This document shows positions 30,804 through 39,443 of a stretch of DNA of 64,000 nucleotides, piece by piece. This DNA is from Nitrospira sp. (GTDB taxonomy: Bacteria > Nitrospirota > Nitrospiria > Nitrospirales > Nitrospiraceae), in contig AP038806.1 in assembly GCA_047150005.1 (NCBI GenBank), forward strand, positions 2,464,001 to 2,528,000, written 5' to 3'. Under the pieces are notes generated by a model. That model did not search any database. It was not told where the DNA came from and saw nothing but the letters and a program-made list of their open reading frames with translations. Numbering within the stretch: position 1 is the stretch's first letter; each line of letters opens with the position of its first letter. Position numbers and translations under genes: made by a program.

Positions 30804-31895
30804 ATGCAAGAGCGTATCCGAGAACCAATTTCAGTGAAGAAGATAGCGAAGCACTTTAAGCCGCGCGGTCCGCTCAAGAAGACGCCAATCACGCTTGAAC
30901 GCCGCTTCCACATCGCAGCCGACCGCAAACCGCATGTAAAGACCCGGCTTAAGCGAATCGACCGCGGCGACGGCCAACCGCATTGGGAGGTGATAGTCGA
31001 CATCGACGGCGCCCGCGCCGGCGGTCGCGCCATGCCCCCGGCGCTGAAGGGTCAGGCACGCAAGATCGAGAAGCGCCGGATCAGCGAGGACCAACTGGCG
31101 CAGCAGCTGACCGCCTATGTTCCCGATCATCTCGGCTTCAACGCGACTCCGCGCGAACGGATAAAGAGCTTTCAGACAATCCGCCCACCCATGTCCCTCC
31201 GCCGCGTCGCCACCACCATCTTCGGCACCGATAATCGCCTCGTCTTTCAGGACACGACCTATCCGTGGTCTACTGTCGGGCTGGTGCAAACCAACCGCGG
31301 CTCGGGCTCGGGGGTGATGATCGGCCCGCGACACCTGTTGACTGTTAGCCATGTCATCGATTGGACAGCGCCGGCCGGCTTTGCGGCCGATTGGGTCCGA
31401 TTCACGCCGTCGTTCTTCGATGGCAACGCGCCATTCGGCGAGTCCTATGGCGTGCATATCTACTGGTATGTCCAGGAGGATGGTGACGGCTTCATCTCAG
31501 GCAACGAGGGCAACTACGACTATGTCGTGGTGGTGCTTGACCGGCGATTGGGTGAGACGACCGGTTGGATGGGCGCGCGTGGGTACGACGACGACTGGGA
31601 CAGCCTCGATGTCTGGTCGCACATGGGCTATCCCGCAGACCTCAACAGCGGCCAGCGGCCGACCTGGCAGGGTGGTTTCCGGATCGACGGCACCGACGCA
31701 GCAGCGCAATCGATCCTGCACCAGGCCGACGTGTTCCCGGGACAATCGGGCGGGCCTGTATTCGGCTTCTGGGATGGCGACGTGGGGCCACGCGCGGTTG
31801 CGGTCCAATCTTGGCAAACAACTTCGAACAACGGCGCCAGCGGTAGCATGGATATGCGAGACTTGGTGGCACTTGCCCGTACCGATTTTGCCTAA
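30804..31895 (+). CDS. Trypsin-like (V8/glutamyl endopeptidase-like) serine protease, integron cassette 2
   Basis: GSGVMIGPRHLLTVSHV (His), DYVVV (Asp) and PGQSGGP (Ser); SD AAGGAG; stop codon lies within the attC R'' box. Confidence 0.85.
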   Translation: MQERIREPISVKKIAKHFKPRGPLKKTPITLERRFHIAADRKPHVKTRLKRIDRGDGQPHWEVIVDIDGARAGGRAMPPALKGQARKIEKRRISEDQLAQQLTAYVPDHLGFNATPRERIKSFQTIRPPMSLRRVATTIFGTDNRLVFQDTTYPWSTVGLVQTNRGSGSGVMIGPRHLLTVSHVIDWTAPAGFAADWVRFTPSFFDGNAPFGESYGVHIYWYVQEDGDGFISGNEGNYDYVVVVLDRRLGETTGWMGARGYDDDWDSLDVWSHMGYPADLNSGQRPTWQGGFRIDGTDAAAQSILHQADVFPGQSGGPVFGFWDGDVGPRAVAVQSWQTTSNNGASGSMDMRDLVALARTDFA

Positions 31896-31949
31896 CAAGC
31901 CGATGCAGCGGCCAGCCTTCGGGCGCCGTTGATCGGCAAGGCGTTAGGA
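31890..31949 (+). other. Complete attC site (60 bp)
   Basis: GCCTAAC-AA-GCCGAT(G)CAGCGGC...GCCGTTGATCGGC-AAGGC-GTTAGGA: R''/R' boxes and L''/L' pairing with an extrahelical base. Confidence 0.9.
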
Positions 31950-31955
31950 GTCATC

Positions 31956-32525
31956 ATGCAGCCCCAGAGCGACCCATGGAACTCGCTGGAAGTCGTCAAG
32001 CTGCTGGTTGGAATCTTGACGCCATTATCCGTGGCTGCCTTCGGCTGGTTTGTGAGTCGGCGTCTCAAACGGCTTGAGCTTGCGCAGTGGTCAAACCAGA
32101 AACTCATTGAGAAGCGGTTGAGTGTCTATGATCTGATTGCACCCTTGCTCAACAAGCTTCTGTGTTTTTACACCTGGGTAGGGTATTGGAAGGACATTTC
32201 ACCCGGGGATGTTGTCAAAGCCAAGCGTGAACTGGACCAAACGATCAACATCTACCGTCACCTCTTCGACGAAGAGGTTTACACCGCTTACCAGTCCTTC
32301 ATCCATGTTCTCTTCAAAACCTATACGGGTCCAGGGCACGACGCAAGAATCCGATCACTGATCCAGGGGCCAGACGGCAATCGCACAACCGACTGCACGT
32401 ACAAGTGGGATGAGGCCTGGACGCAGCGATTTTCAACCGGCGATGTAGTGGAGAAAAGAGAAGTTCGGGCGCAGTATGGTCAGCTTATGGAATCTCTTCG
32501 TAAGTCCTTGGGAGTCCACAAGTGA
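31956..32525 (+). CDS. Hypothetical single-TM protein, integron cassette 3
   Basis: Starts 6 nt after the attC using AGGAG from the R' box as SD; N-terminal TM; lower GC than flanks. Confidence 0.75.
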   Translation: MQPQSDPWNSLEVVKLLVGILTPLSVAAFGWFVSRRLKRLELAQWSNQKLIEKRLSVYDLIAPLLNKLLCFYTWVGYWKDISPGDVVKAKRELDQTINIYRHLFDEEVYTAYQSFIHVLFKTYTGPGHDARIRSLIQGPDGNRTTDCTYKWDEAWTQRFSTGDVVEKREVRAQYGQLMESLRKSLGVHK

Positions 32526-32543
32526 CAAGAAGGGTCCAGATGG

Positions 32544-32740
32544 GGGTCGGTTCTTGACTTTTCACTGTCTGGCCCTATCGTGGGCGAGCAGCGCCCGCGT
32601 CTTCCTTGAACTTTCCGGTGCGCTCTGCCACAGTGCTGCTCGGACCTTCGGGCGTCTCAAACATCCAGCAGGCATGAACATCCAGACTAACGTTGCCGCA
32701 GCAAGAGGTATTCGCGCAGTGCAAAGTCAAGAACTGACCC
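32544..32740. mobile_element. Internally deleted RAYT (REP-associated tyrosine transposase)-like element
   Basis: 24-bp inverted repeats with 2 mismatches (GGGTCGGTTCTTGACTTTTCACTG / CAGTGCAAAGTCAAGAACTGACCC); interior translates to ARVFLELSGALCHSAAR, resembling the RAYT N-terminus ARPLRIEFPGALYHVTSR. Confidence 0.6.
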
Positions 32741-32767
32741 TCGATCTTTCTCCTGAGATCCGCTCGC

Positions 32768-32800
32768 GCCGAACCAGGCGCTGCACCTGACCGGGGCTCA
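32768..32800 (+). other. Left half of an attC-like site (right arm lost)
   Basis: GCCGAAC-CAGGCGCTGCACCTGACC resembles an attC R''/L'' arm; the complementary arm is replaced by a REP-like element. Confidence 0.5.
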
Positions 32801-32816
32801 TTACGGGTTTTGGCGA

Positions 32817-32911
32817 AAAAACGGAGACATTCTACATTTCAGTGTGAGGCTATGCAGTGTCGACCGTTAAGACTGGCGATGGTGTGAGAATAAGTAGCAT
32901 GTCCCCGTTTT
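32817..32911. repeat. REP/REPIN-like palindromic element, same family as 30657-30721
   Basis: AAAACGGAGACATTCTAC ... GTAGCATGTCCCCGTTTT imperfect inverted repeat sharing the GG(G/A)GACATTCT core. Confidence 0.65.
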
Positions 32912-32979
32912 CTGGATCCCGGGCACGCTGGGTTCTTCTATGAACGAAAGGCCAAGATCGAAATCCGGTGTCGCAGCAC

Positions 32980-33543
32980 ATGGCGCTGACCTTTCCTTCT
33001 GACGCGAAATTGAAAGATGGCTCCTCTGTCCAATTAGTGTTGGCAGGGGAGCATGACATTGAGCCGCTCAAGGTCCTTTACCGCGTCATCGTCGAAGAAG
33101 GGAATTCCTATCCGCATGACCGGTTTCCCGATCACGACGAATTCATGGACTACTGGTTCCGCGGCAAGACGACTGTCGCAGCCTACAGTTCCGATCGTGA
33201 CCAAGCGAAGGTAATGGCCGGCGCCTTTTATTTGAAGCCCAACTGGCCTGGGCGGGCGGGGCACGTCGCGAACGCAGGGTTCATTGTGGCGCCGGCGTGG
33301 CGGGGTACTGGGCTAGGCTGGCTGCTGGGAACGACGATGCTGGACTATGCCAAGCAGCTCGGCTACCGCAGCGTGATTTTCAATCTCGTATTTTCTGAGA
33401 ACCTCCGCGCGCGTCGGCTGTGGGAGCGGTTGGGATTCTCCCAACTCGGTGTGGTCCCCGGCGCGGTGCGGAAGGACGACGGTTCCTATCAGGACGCGAT
33501 CGTCATGTTCAGGTCCCTGATCGACTCGCCTCTGCATTCGTAA
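32980..33543 (+). CDS. GNAT family N-acetyltransferase
   Basis: FYLKPNWPGRAGHVANAGFIV..WRGTGLG, IFNLVFSEN..A..LWERLGF. Confidence 0.88.
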   Translation: MALTFPSDAKLKDGSSVQLVLAGEHDIEPLKVLYRVIVEEGNSYPHDRFPDHDEFMDYWFRGKTTVAAYSSDRDQAKVMAGAFYLKPNWPGRAGHVANAGFIVAPAWRGTGLGWLLGTTMLDYAKQLGYRSVIFNLVFSENLRARRLWERLGFSQLGVVPGAVRKDDGSYQDAIVMFRSLIDSPLHS

Positions 33544-33591
33544 AAACGCCGGGTATTTTCTCGTCGCTTCACGTATACTCACGCTGTCTAC

Positions 33592-33645
33592 AGGGGATGG
33601 GGTCCCCCGTATAACTGCCACGGCCAGGCTGATGACTCCTACGTT
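33592..33645 (+). ncRNA. Fluoride riboswitch (crcB motif)
   Basis: GGGGATGGGGTCCCCC-GTATAACTGCC..GGCTGATGACTCCTAC fits the crcB consensus; pseudoknot GGGGTC/GACTCC; upstream of an antiporter gene. Confidence 0.88.
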
Positions 33646-33732
33646 GTATTGCCGCAGCCGTGGAGTCTGTCGCCGTTGTGGCGACAACCGGTCTGACGCA
33701 GTCGAATCCTGGCCGGAACGGAGGACCCCCGG

Positions 33733-34935
33733 ATGGAACCGATCTTCATTACCGTTTCCCTGTGGCTCGCCCTTGCAGTCGTCTCCGCCCTTCTGGCTTC
33801 TTCGTTGAGCCTCTCCATTGCCCTCGTCGAAATTTGTGTGGGTGTCGGCGTGTCTGCCGTGATTGGTGTCTTCGGTTCCGGCGATGTGCTGGCGGTCAAT
33901 TCGGAGTGGCTCCGATTCCTGGCCGCTTCCGGAGCCGTTGTGCTGACATTCCTCGCAGGAGCCGAGTTGGACCCCGACGTTCTCCGTAAGAAGCTCGCCG
34001 AGGTCAATGTCGTCGGGCTCATAGGCTTCGCTGCGCCGTTTCTCGGTTGCGCCGCGGTGGCCTACTATCTATTGGGATGGGACGCCAACGCGAGTTGGCT
34101 ATGCGGGGTGGCACTTTCGACGACCTCTATGGCGGTCGTGTATGCCGTCATGCTGGAAACCGGTCTCAACAAGACGGAATTTGGGAAAGGGATCTTGGGT
34201 TCCTGTTTCATCAACGACCTGGGTACGGTGATCGCGCTCGGACTGCTGTTTGCTCCGTTCACCTACAAGACCATCGTCTTCGTCGTGGGTACCATTGCAG
34301 TGTTGGTGTCGCTGCCTGCAGCCACGGCCTGGCTCACCAAACACTATGCCAACCGGACGGCCGCGATCAGGACCAAGTGGGTCATGTTGATCTTGTTTGG
34401 ATTGGGAGCATTGGCCCTGTGGTCGGGGAGCGAAGCCGTGCTTCCGGCCTACCTCGTCGGCATGGTGCTCGCGGGGACCGCCGCGAGAGACGGGCATTGG
34501 ATGAGAAGACTGAGAACGCTGACCGTGGGGTTTCTCACTCCGTTTTATTTTCTTCGTGCCGGGACTCTGGTGTCCTTGCCGGCCTTGCTCGGGGCGCCGT
34601 TGGTCTTCCTCGCCTTACTGGCAGGGAAGGTGGTCTCCAAAATCCTTGGTCTGTATCCGGTGATCGGCGTCTTCCGGCGTGAACAACGCGAACGGTGGTA
34701 TTACACCCTTCTGATGTCGACGGGATTGACGTTTGGCACGATCTCGTCACTCTATGGATTGGCGCACGGGATCGTGACCCAGGAGCAGTATTCCTTTCTT
34801 GTGGCAGCGGTCATTGCGAGCGCCGTGGTTCCTACGGTTATTGCCGGGATGTTCTTCGTCCCAACGCATTTGTTGCCTGAGAAAGAACACCCGGTAGGAA
34901 CAAGACGCCTCAATGGATTGAGCGACGAAGGCTAG
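33733..34935 (+). CDS. Cation:proton antiporter (CPA2/Na_H_Exchanger family)
   Basis: About 12 TM segments; FLAGAELD, ALSTTSMAVV and INDLG motifs. Confidence 0.88.
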   Translation: MEPIFITVSLWLALAVVSALLASSLSLSIALVEICVGVGVSAVIGVFGSGDVLAVNSEWLRFLAASGAVVLTFLAGAELDPDVLRKKLAEVNVVGLIGFAAPFLGCAAVAYYLLGWDANASWLCGVALSTTSMAVVYAVMLETGLNKTEFGKGILGSCFINDLGTVIALGLLFAPFTYKTIVFVVGTIAVLVSLPAATAWLTKHYANRTAAIRTKWVMLILFGLGALALWSGSEAVLPAYLVGMVLAGTAARDGHWMRRLRTLTVGFLTPFYFLRAGTLVSLPALLGAPLVFLALLAGKVVSKILGLYPVIGVFRREQRERWYYTLLMSTGLTFGTISSLYGLAHGIVTQEQYSFLVAAVIASAVVPTVIAGMFFVPTHLLPEKEHPVGTRRLNGLSDEG

Positions 34936-34948
34936 GGTGGAACGGCCG

Positions 34949-37588
34949 TTAGGCCGGGGTGCGGGTCATCAAACGGTGGTCTTTCGCGAACCATCGACGG
35001 ACCAACGTTTCCACCGACTGGAAGTGGCGCTCCGGCAGATTCTTGAACCGTCGTTTGCATTCGGCCAGCGCGTCATCGGGGGAAGAACAGGGCTCGATGA
35101 CCGAGAGCAGATGCTGGTAATAGTCCGTCAGTTTGAGCTCGACGGTCCTGACCTGCCCTGGGTCACCGGCCACGTTCGAGGCGGCTTTCGTCCGGTCGCC
35201 GTCTGCGTCGACCAGAGCTTGAAAGCACAGGCCCTTCAAACGCTGCGTGACGGTGCTCCGGTCCCAGCCCAACGCTTTGGCCGTCGCCTGCATGTCAAAG
35301 TTCTGTCGTCTCAGGCAGTCCAGGACGGCCTTGTCGCCGGCTGTATCGGGCGAGAGCGAAATTCGTTCCTTCTCCCGGGCCGTCCCGCGGGATTCGAGAT
35401 GCAGAGCGGGCGCCGACAGGACCGGCTGGTCGCTCAATGCGACGGCCCGTTCCAGTGTGTGGCGAAGCTCGCGGACGTTCCCGGGCCATGCGTGTTCCTC
35501 CAGGGCACGCAACGCGTCGTTGGAGAGCTTCGGGATCGGCTTTCCCAGTTGCCGGGCGATGTCGGTCAGCGCGGCTTCCGCCAGACTTGCGATGTCGCCG
35601 AGCCGTTCCCGCAGCGGCGGCAGCCGGAATACCAAGCCGGTCAGCCGGAAATATAGATCCTCGCGGAACCATCCTTCCGACACCCCCCGCAGGAGATCCC
35701 GGTTGGTCGCAGCGACGACGCGGACGTCCACCGTCGTGGCGGTGGTTGCTCCGACCCGATAGAACGACTTCTCCTGCAGCACCCGCAGCAACTTGCTTTG
35801 GTGATCGAGTCTGAGGTCGCCGATCTCGTCCAAGAAGATCGTCCCGTGGTTGGCAAGCTCAAAATAGCCGCGACGGTCGACGGTTGCACCAGTGAAGCTG
35901 CCTTTGGTATGGCCGAAGAGTTCGCTCTCGAACAACTCGGGTGAAACGGCGGCCATGTTCACGGCGACGAAGGTCTTGCCGGCTCGTGGGCTGAGACGGT
36001 GGACGGCCCGCGCAAAAAGTTCCTTTCCGGTTCCCGGTTCACCAAGCAGCAAGACCGTGAGGGGCGACTTGGCCCCTTTCTTCACGTCGTGGAACAGACG
36101 AAGCAATGTCGGATCCTGGGTTACGATGCCGAGTTGCCGGCTTTCCGATCGAAGTTGATCGAGTTCCGCGTCGCCGAGCGATCCGGCCTGTATCCCTGCT
36201 TCGCGGAGGCCGTGGATCTGTCGCTCTAACTGTTCGAGCCGCCAGCGGGCTTCCTGCTCCTGTGACTGAACGGTCGTCAACTCGGCCCGCAAGGATTCGG
36301 TCGTGCGCGAAAGGTCTTCCTGTTCCCCGGCTGATCTGGCGACAGCGGCCCTTGCCGCATCCAGATCTTCCTGCAGCGCCTCTGCCCGGCTCTCGTGTCG
36401 GGTTAGAGATTCCCTTACTGCCGCCTCATCCTGCCGAATGCGCAGCATGTCGCGTTCGAGCAACACCAGCCGCTGGCTCGCAGTCAGATGGGTCCAAGCC
36501 GTGCCGCCCATGACGACGAAGAGGGACGCGGCCAACGGCAGCGTCGTGGGAAGGACGAGGTACAGCACCGGCAGGACCGCAGCGAGGAGGGCGAGATAGA
36601 GCAGGACCGTCGCCACGGCGGCAAGGAGCCCGGTCGATCCCCCATAGCGCAGTAGCCACCAGCCGACAAGGGAGGCGAGCAGCAGGGTGATTGTGAATTG
36701 TGCGAGCGCGCCTGGTCTGGCCATCTGCCGGTGGGTGAGCAGGCTGTTGAGCAGGTGGAGATGCATGACCGGGCCGTTCACCGACAGGCCTGTGGGCAGG
36801 AGCCAGGTGTCCTGGGCGGAGCCGGTCAGGATGACGACGACCTTGTCCTTGAACCAGTCCTGCAGCGCGTCACGGTCCCGTTGCCGGACCGCATTCCATA
36901 CCGCCGACAGCGGCAATGTCGGGAGGGAATCGAGCGATCCGTTGCCGACCACGTTGACCAGGACAGGTCTTGCCGATGTCGTTGCCAAGGCTTCCGCCCG
37001 CGGCGCCTGTTTCTGTCGGGACACGTCATACAGTACCGAGCCGAAGGCCGGGAGAGTCCGTGCGTTGACCGAGGCCAAGAGAGGAATGTGGCGGGTTACG
37101 TGATCCGGCTGGGTCGTCACCATCACATGGCTCGGAATGGCTGCTTCTGAGGACAGGGTCGAGTCCAGCCCTTGGGCGAAGACAATTGGACCGGACATTT
37201 CGATCGCTTCCAGAAGCAGCGCATCGCTTGCTGCGCCGCCCAGCTGGGCGGGACTGGCATAATCGAGGCGATGGTCGAGGCCGATGCCCGACGCCCCCGC
37301 GTCATGTGCGGCCGTGATCAGGGTCGCGAGCACACTTCGATCCAACGGACCGGCGCCGAACCGATCGTCGACGGCCGGATCGCGCTGGATGACCGTCAAT
37401 GAGGGGCTGACCTGGATCGGCGCGCGATGACGCAGCCAGGTGTCGTATGGAGCCCACTCCAACGTGGTGAAGGTTGCCGGTGCCAGGGTTTGAAGCGAGA
37501 GGGCGCACAGTGTCGCAAGGAGACCGATGGCAGGTGCCTGGAGCGGAAGCGACGTGATGAGGAGGCGCCAGATCCGGATGCCGTCCAT
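34949..37588 (-). CDS. Membrane-bound CHASE2-domain sigma-54-dependent activator
   Basis: CHASE2-like periplasmic region, 3 TMs, coiled coil, GEPGTGKE, ESELFGHTKGSFTGA and WPGNVREL. Confidence 0.85.
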   Translation of the reverse strand: MDGIRIWRLLITSLPLQAPAIGLLATLCALSLQTLAPATFTTLEWAPYDTWLRHRAPIQVSPSLTVIQRDPAVDDRFGAGPLDRSVLATLITAAHDAGASGIGLDHRLDYASPAQLGGAASDALLLEAIEMSGPIVFAQGLDSTLSSEAAIPSHVMVTTQPDHVTRHIPLLASVNARTLPAFGSVLYDVSRQKQAPRAEALATTSARPVLVNVVGNGSLDSLPTLPLSAVWNAVRQRDRDALQDWFKDKVVVILTGSAQDTWLLPTGLSVNGPVMHLHLLNSLLTHRQMARPGALAQFTITLLLASLVGWWLLRYGGSTGLLAAVATVLLYLALLAAVLPVLYLVLPTTLPLAASLFVVMGGTAWTHLTASQRLVLLERDMLRIRQDEAAVRESLTRHESRAEALQEDLDAARAAVARSAGEQEDLSRTTESLRAELTTVQSQEQEARWRLEQLERQIHGLREAGIQAGSLGDAELDQLRSESRQLGIVTQDPTLLRLFHDVKKGAKSPLTVLLLGEPGTGKELFARAVHRLSPRAGKTFVAVNMAAVSPELFESELFGHTKGSFTGATVDRRGYFELANHGTIFLDEIGDLRLDHQSKLLRVLQEKSFYRVGATTATTVDVRVVAATNRDLLRGVSEGWFREDLYFRLTGLVFRLPPLRERLGDIASLAEAALTDIARQLGKPIPKLSNDALRALEEHAWPGNVRELRHTLERAVALSDQPVLSAPALHLESRGTAREKERISLSPDTAGDKAVLDCLRRQNFDMQATAKALGWDRSTVTQRLKGLCFQALVDADGDRTKAASNVAGDPGQVRTVELKLTDYYQHLLSVIEPCSSPDDALAECKRRFKNLPERHFQSVETLVRRWFAKDHRLMTRTPA

Positions 37589-37595
37589 GTTCCGC

Positions 37596-38909
37596 CTATG
37601 GTGTTGCGAACTCATCCAGCACGGCCTTCACCTCCTGCTTCGGGAGTCCTTTTAATGCGGCCTTGGCCTTCCGAAGGTCCGGTGCGGTGCCGAGCCCTTT
37701 GCCGTAGATGCGAGCGACGGTCTTTTTCGCGGGAGCGAAGCCGTCGGCCGCCGTCGTCTCGAAACAGGTCAGCAGGGCGGGATCATAGGGCGGCAGCTGC
37801 TGATCCCATCCCGTCTCATACAGTTTGGCCAACTCGGCCTGTGACGGTTCGCTGAGTGCATAGGCTTCCTTCAGGAGAACGGAAACGGCTGCATCGGCGC
37901 GATTCTGTTTCAGGAGTGTGATGCCGAGGGTCTCGCCATTTTCGATCTGAACTGGCTGAGCCTGCTGGACCTTTTCGAGAAACTCGCTCTGCACACGCTC
38001 ACGATAGGCCTGAAACGCCTCGAGCGTCTCCTTGCGCTTGCGTTCCGGCTGATCGGGTGACAACGCCAGCCGTCTGGTCTTCGAGAGGGCTTCAGAGGCC
38101 GGTTGGTGATCGAACTCCTCGGCCTTCGCCCACCAATAGATGGCCGAAACCAGATTCTTCTGAACGCCCTGGCCGCCTTTGTAGGCGTTGCCGAGAAAGA
38201 ATTGGGCCTGCGGCACACCGCCCTTGGCCGCTTCCTCCATGAACTGCGCCGCCTCCTCACCACGATTGATCAGTTTTAGCAACAGTGCCAGGCGATAGCG
38301 CGCATCAGGAAAATTCGGCTGCAGCTCCAGCGCCTGTCGATAGGAATCGATCGCCGCCTTCACGTTCCCGCCCGTGTACTGCACGCTCCCGAGGCTGTAA
38401 TGCGCATGAGCCAGCGTGGAATCCAGCTGGACGGCTTCCTTCAGCGCGGCGGAGGCTCCGCGCCAGTCCTGCTTGGCCATGAGGAGCACCCCAAGCTGCA
38501 AGTGCGCTTGCGGATCCGAGGCGTTCAACTTGATCGCGGTACGGCATTCTTCGATCGCGGCATCGAGATCTCCGATTCGATAGAGTCCGCGCGCGAGGTT
38601 CAAACGGTTTTCCGCATTCTGAGGCGCCAGACGGGCCGCGTTGCGGAGTTCGCTGAGGGCAAGTGCGACGTCCTCTTCCTGCTCGTCCACCGGCGGTTCC
38701 GGCGATGGCGCCTCTGTGCGTGGCGGTGTCAGAGGGCTACTCTCGATCGGCGGTGGGCTTTCGACGAGCGGCGGGCTCTCAGCGAGGGGTGGATTGTCGA
38801 CGAGAGGTGGCGCCGTCGGCTCGTCCGGCATCTGGGAATACGAAGGACCGGGCGGGAACAGCAGCGCGAGGGACGCGGCCAGAATGGTCACGGGTACCGA
38901 TCGACGCAT
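37596..38909 (-). CDS. Secreted TPR + Sel1 repeat protein
   Basis: Signal peptide, Pro-rich linker, TPRs, AQFFLGNAYKGGQGVQKN Sel1 repeat. Confidence 0.85.
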   Translation of the reverse strand: MRRSVPVTILAASLALLFPPGPSYSQMPDEPTAPPLVDNPPLAESPPLVESPPPIESSPLTPPRTEAPSPEPPVDEQEEDVALALSELRNAARLAPQNAENRLNLARGLYRIGDLDAAIEECRTAIKLNASDPQAHLQLGVLLMAKQDWRGASAALKEAVQLDSTLAHAHYSLGSVQYTGGNVKAAIDSYRQALELQPNFPDARYRLALLLKLINRGEEAAQFMEEAAKGGVPQAQFFLGNAYKGGQGVQKNLVSAIYWWAKAEEFDHQPASEALSKTRRLALSPDQPERKRKETLEAFQAYRERVQSEFLEKVQQAQPVQIENGETLGITLLKQNRADAAVSVLLKEAYALSEPSQAELAKLYETGWDQQLPPYDPALLTCFETTAADGFAPAKKTVARIYGKGLGTAPDLRKAKAALKGLPKQEVKAVLDEFATP

Positions 38910-39014
38910 GAAAGCCTGCGACCCTCCGACTCGGTGTGGCAGCCGGAAACATTATAGCATTCGATTGGAGGATCGGGGTCCAATCTATCTGGGACCAGGA
39001 CGCCTCAGCGAGGG

Positions 39015-39443
39015 CTACCGCAGTCTAGCAATAGCTCCCGAGATGGACCGAAGTCTGTCCTGGAGGTCGGCCCCGGTTAGGCGGACCGGTTCATGCGGGA
39101 CGCGCCAGACCGGTTCGAGCGGAGCCGGGTCTGTCGTCAACCGGGGAATCACATGCCAATGGATGTGCGGAAGCTGGTTGCCGAGCAATTCGTAATTGAT
39201 CTTGTGGGCTCCGAAGGTCTCGGCCAGAGCCTTGGCCGCCACGTTCACTTCTTCCATCAGCTGGATACGTTCCGTGGGAGCCAGGTGAAACAACTCAGTG
39301 GCGTGCCGTTTGAAGACGATGACCGTCCATCCAGGAAAATACTGATCATCGTACAGAAAGGCCTTGGAGAGCCCCAGGTCCGTGATGAACTGATCGGTCC
39401 CTGGCCACTGTCCTCCGCAGGCTCGGCAAGAGGGGTCGGTCAC
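39015..39443 (-). CDS. HIT family protein
   Basis: CxxC, KRHATEL, KINYELLGNQLPHIHWHVIPR. Confidence 0.88.
   Translation of the reverse strand: MTDPSCRACGGQWPGTDQFITDLGLSKAFLYDDQYFPGWTVIVFKRHATELFHLAPTERIQLMEEVNVAAKALAETFGAHKINYELLGNQLPHIHWHVIPRLTTDPAPLEPVWRVPHEPVRLTGADLQDRLRSISGAIARLR

Noticed and set aside
32980..33543. GNAT gene as a fourth integron cassette
   Set aside because: No attC downstream and no GTTRRRY core at a cassette-like distance upstream.
38720..38815. 18-bp periodic repeats in the TPR/Sel1 gene
   Set aside because: Explained by a Pro-rich (ESPPL-like) protein linker; not a CRISPR or DNA element.
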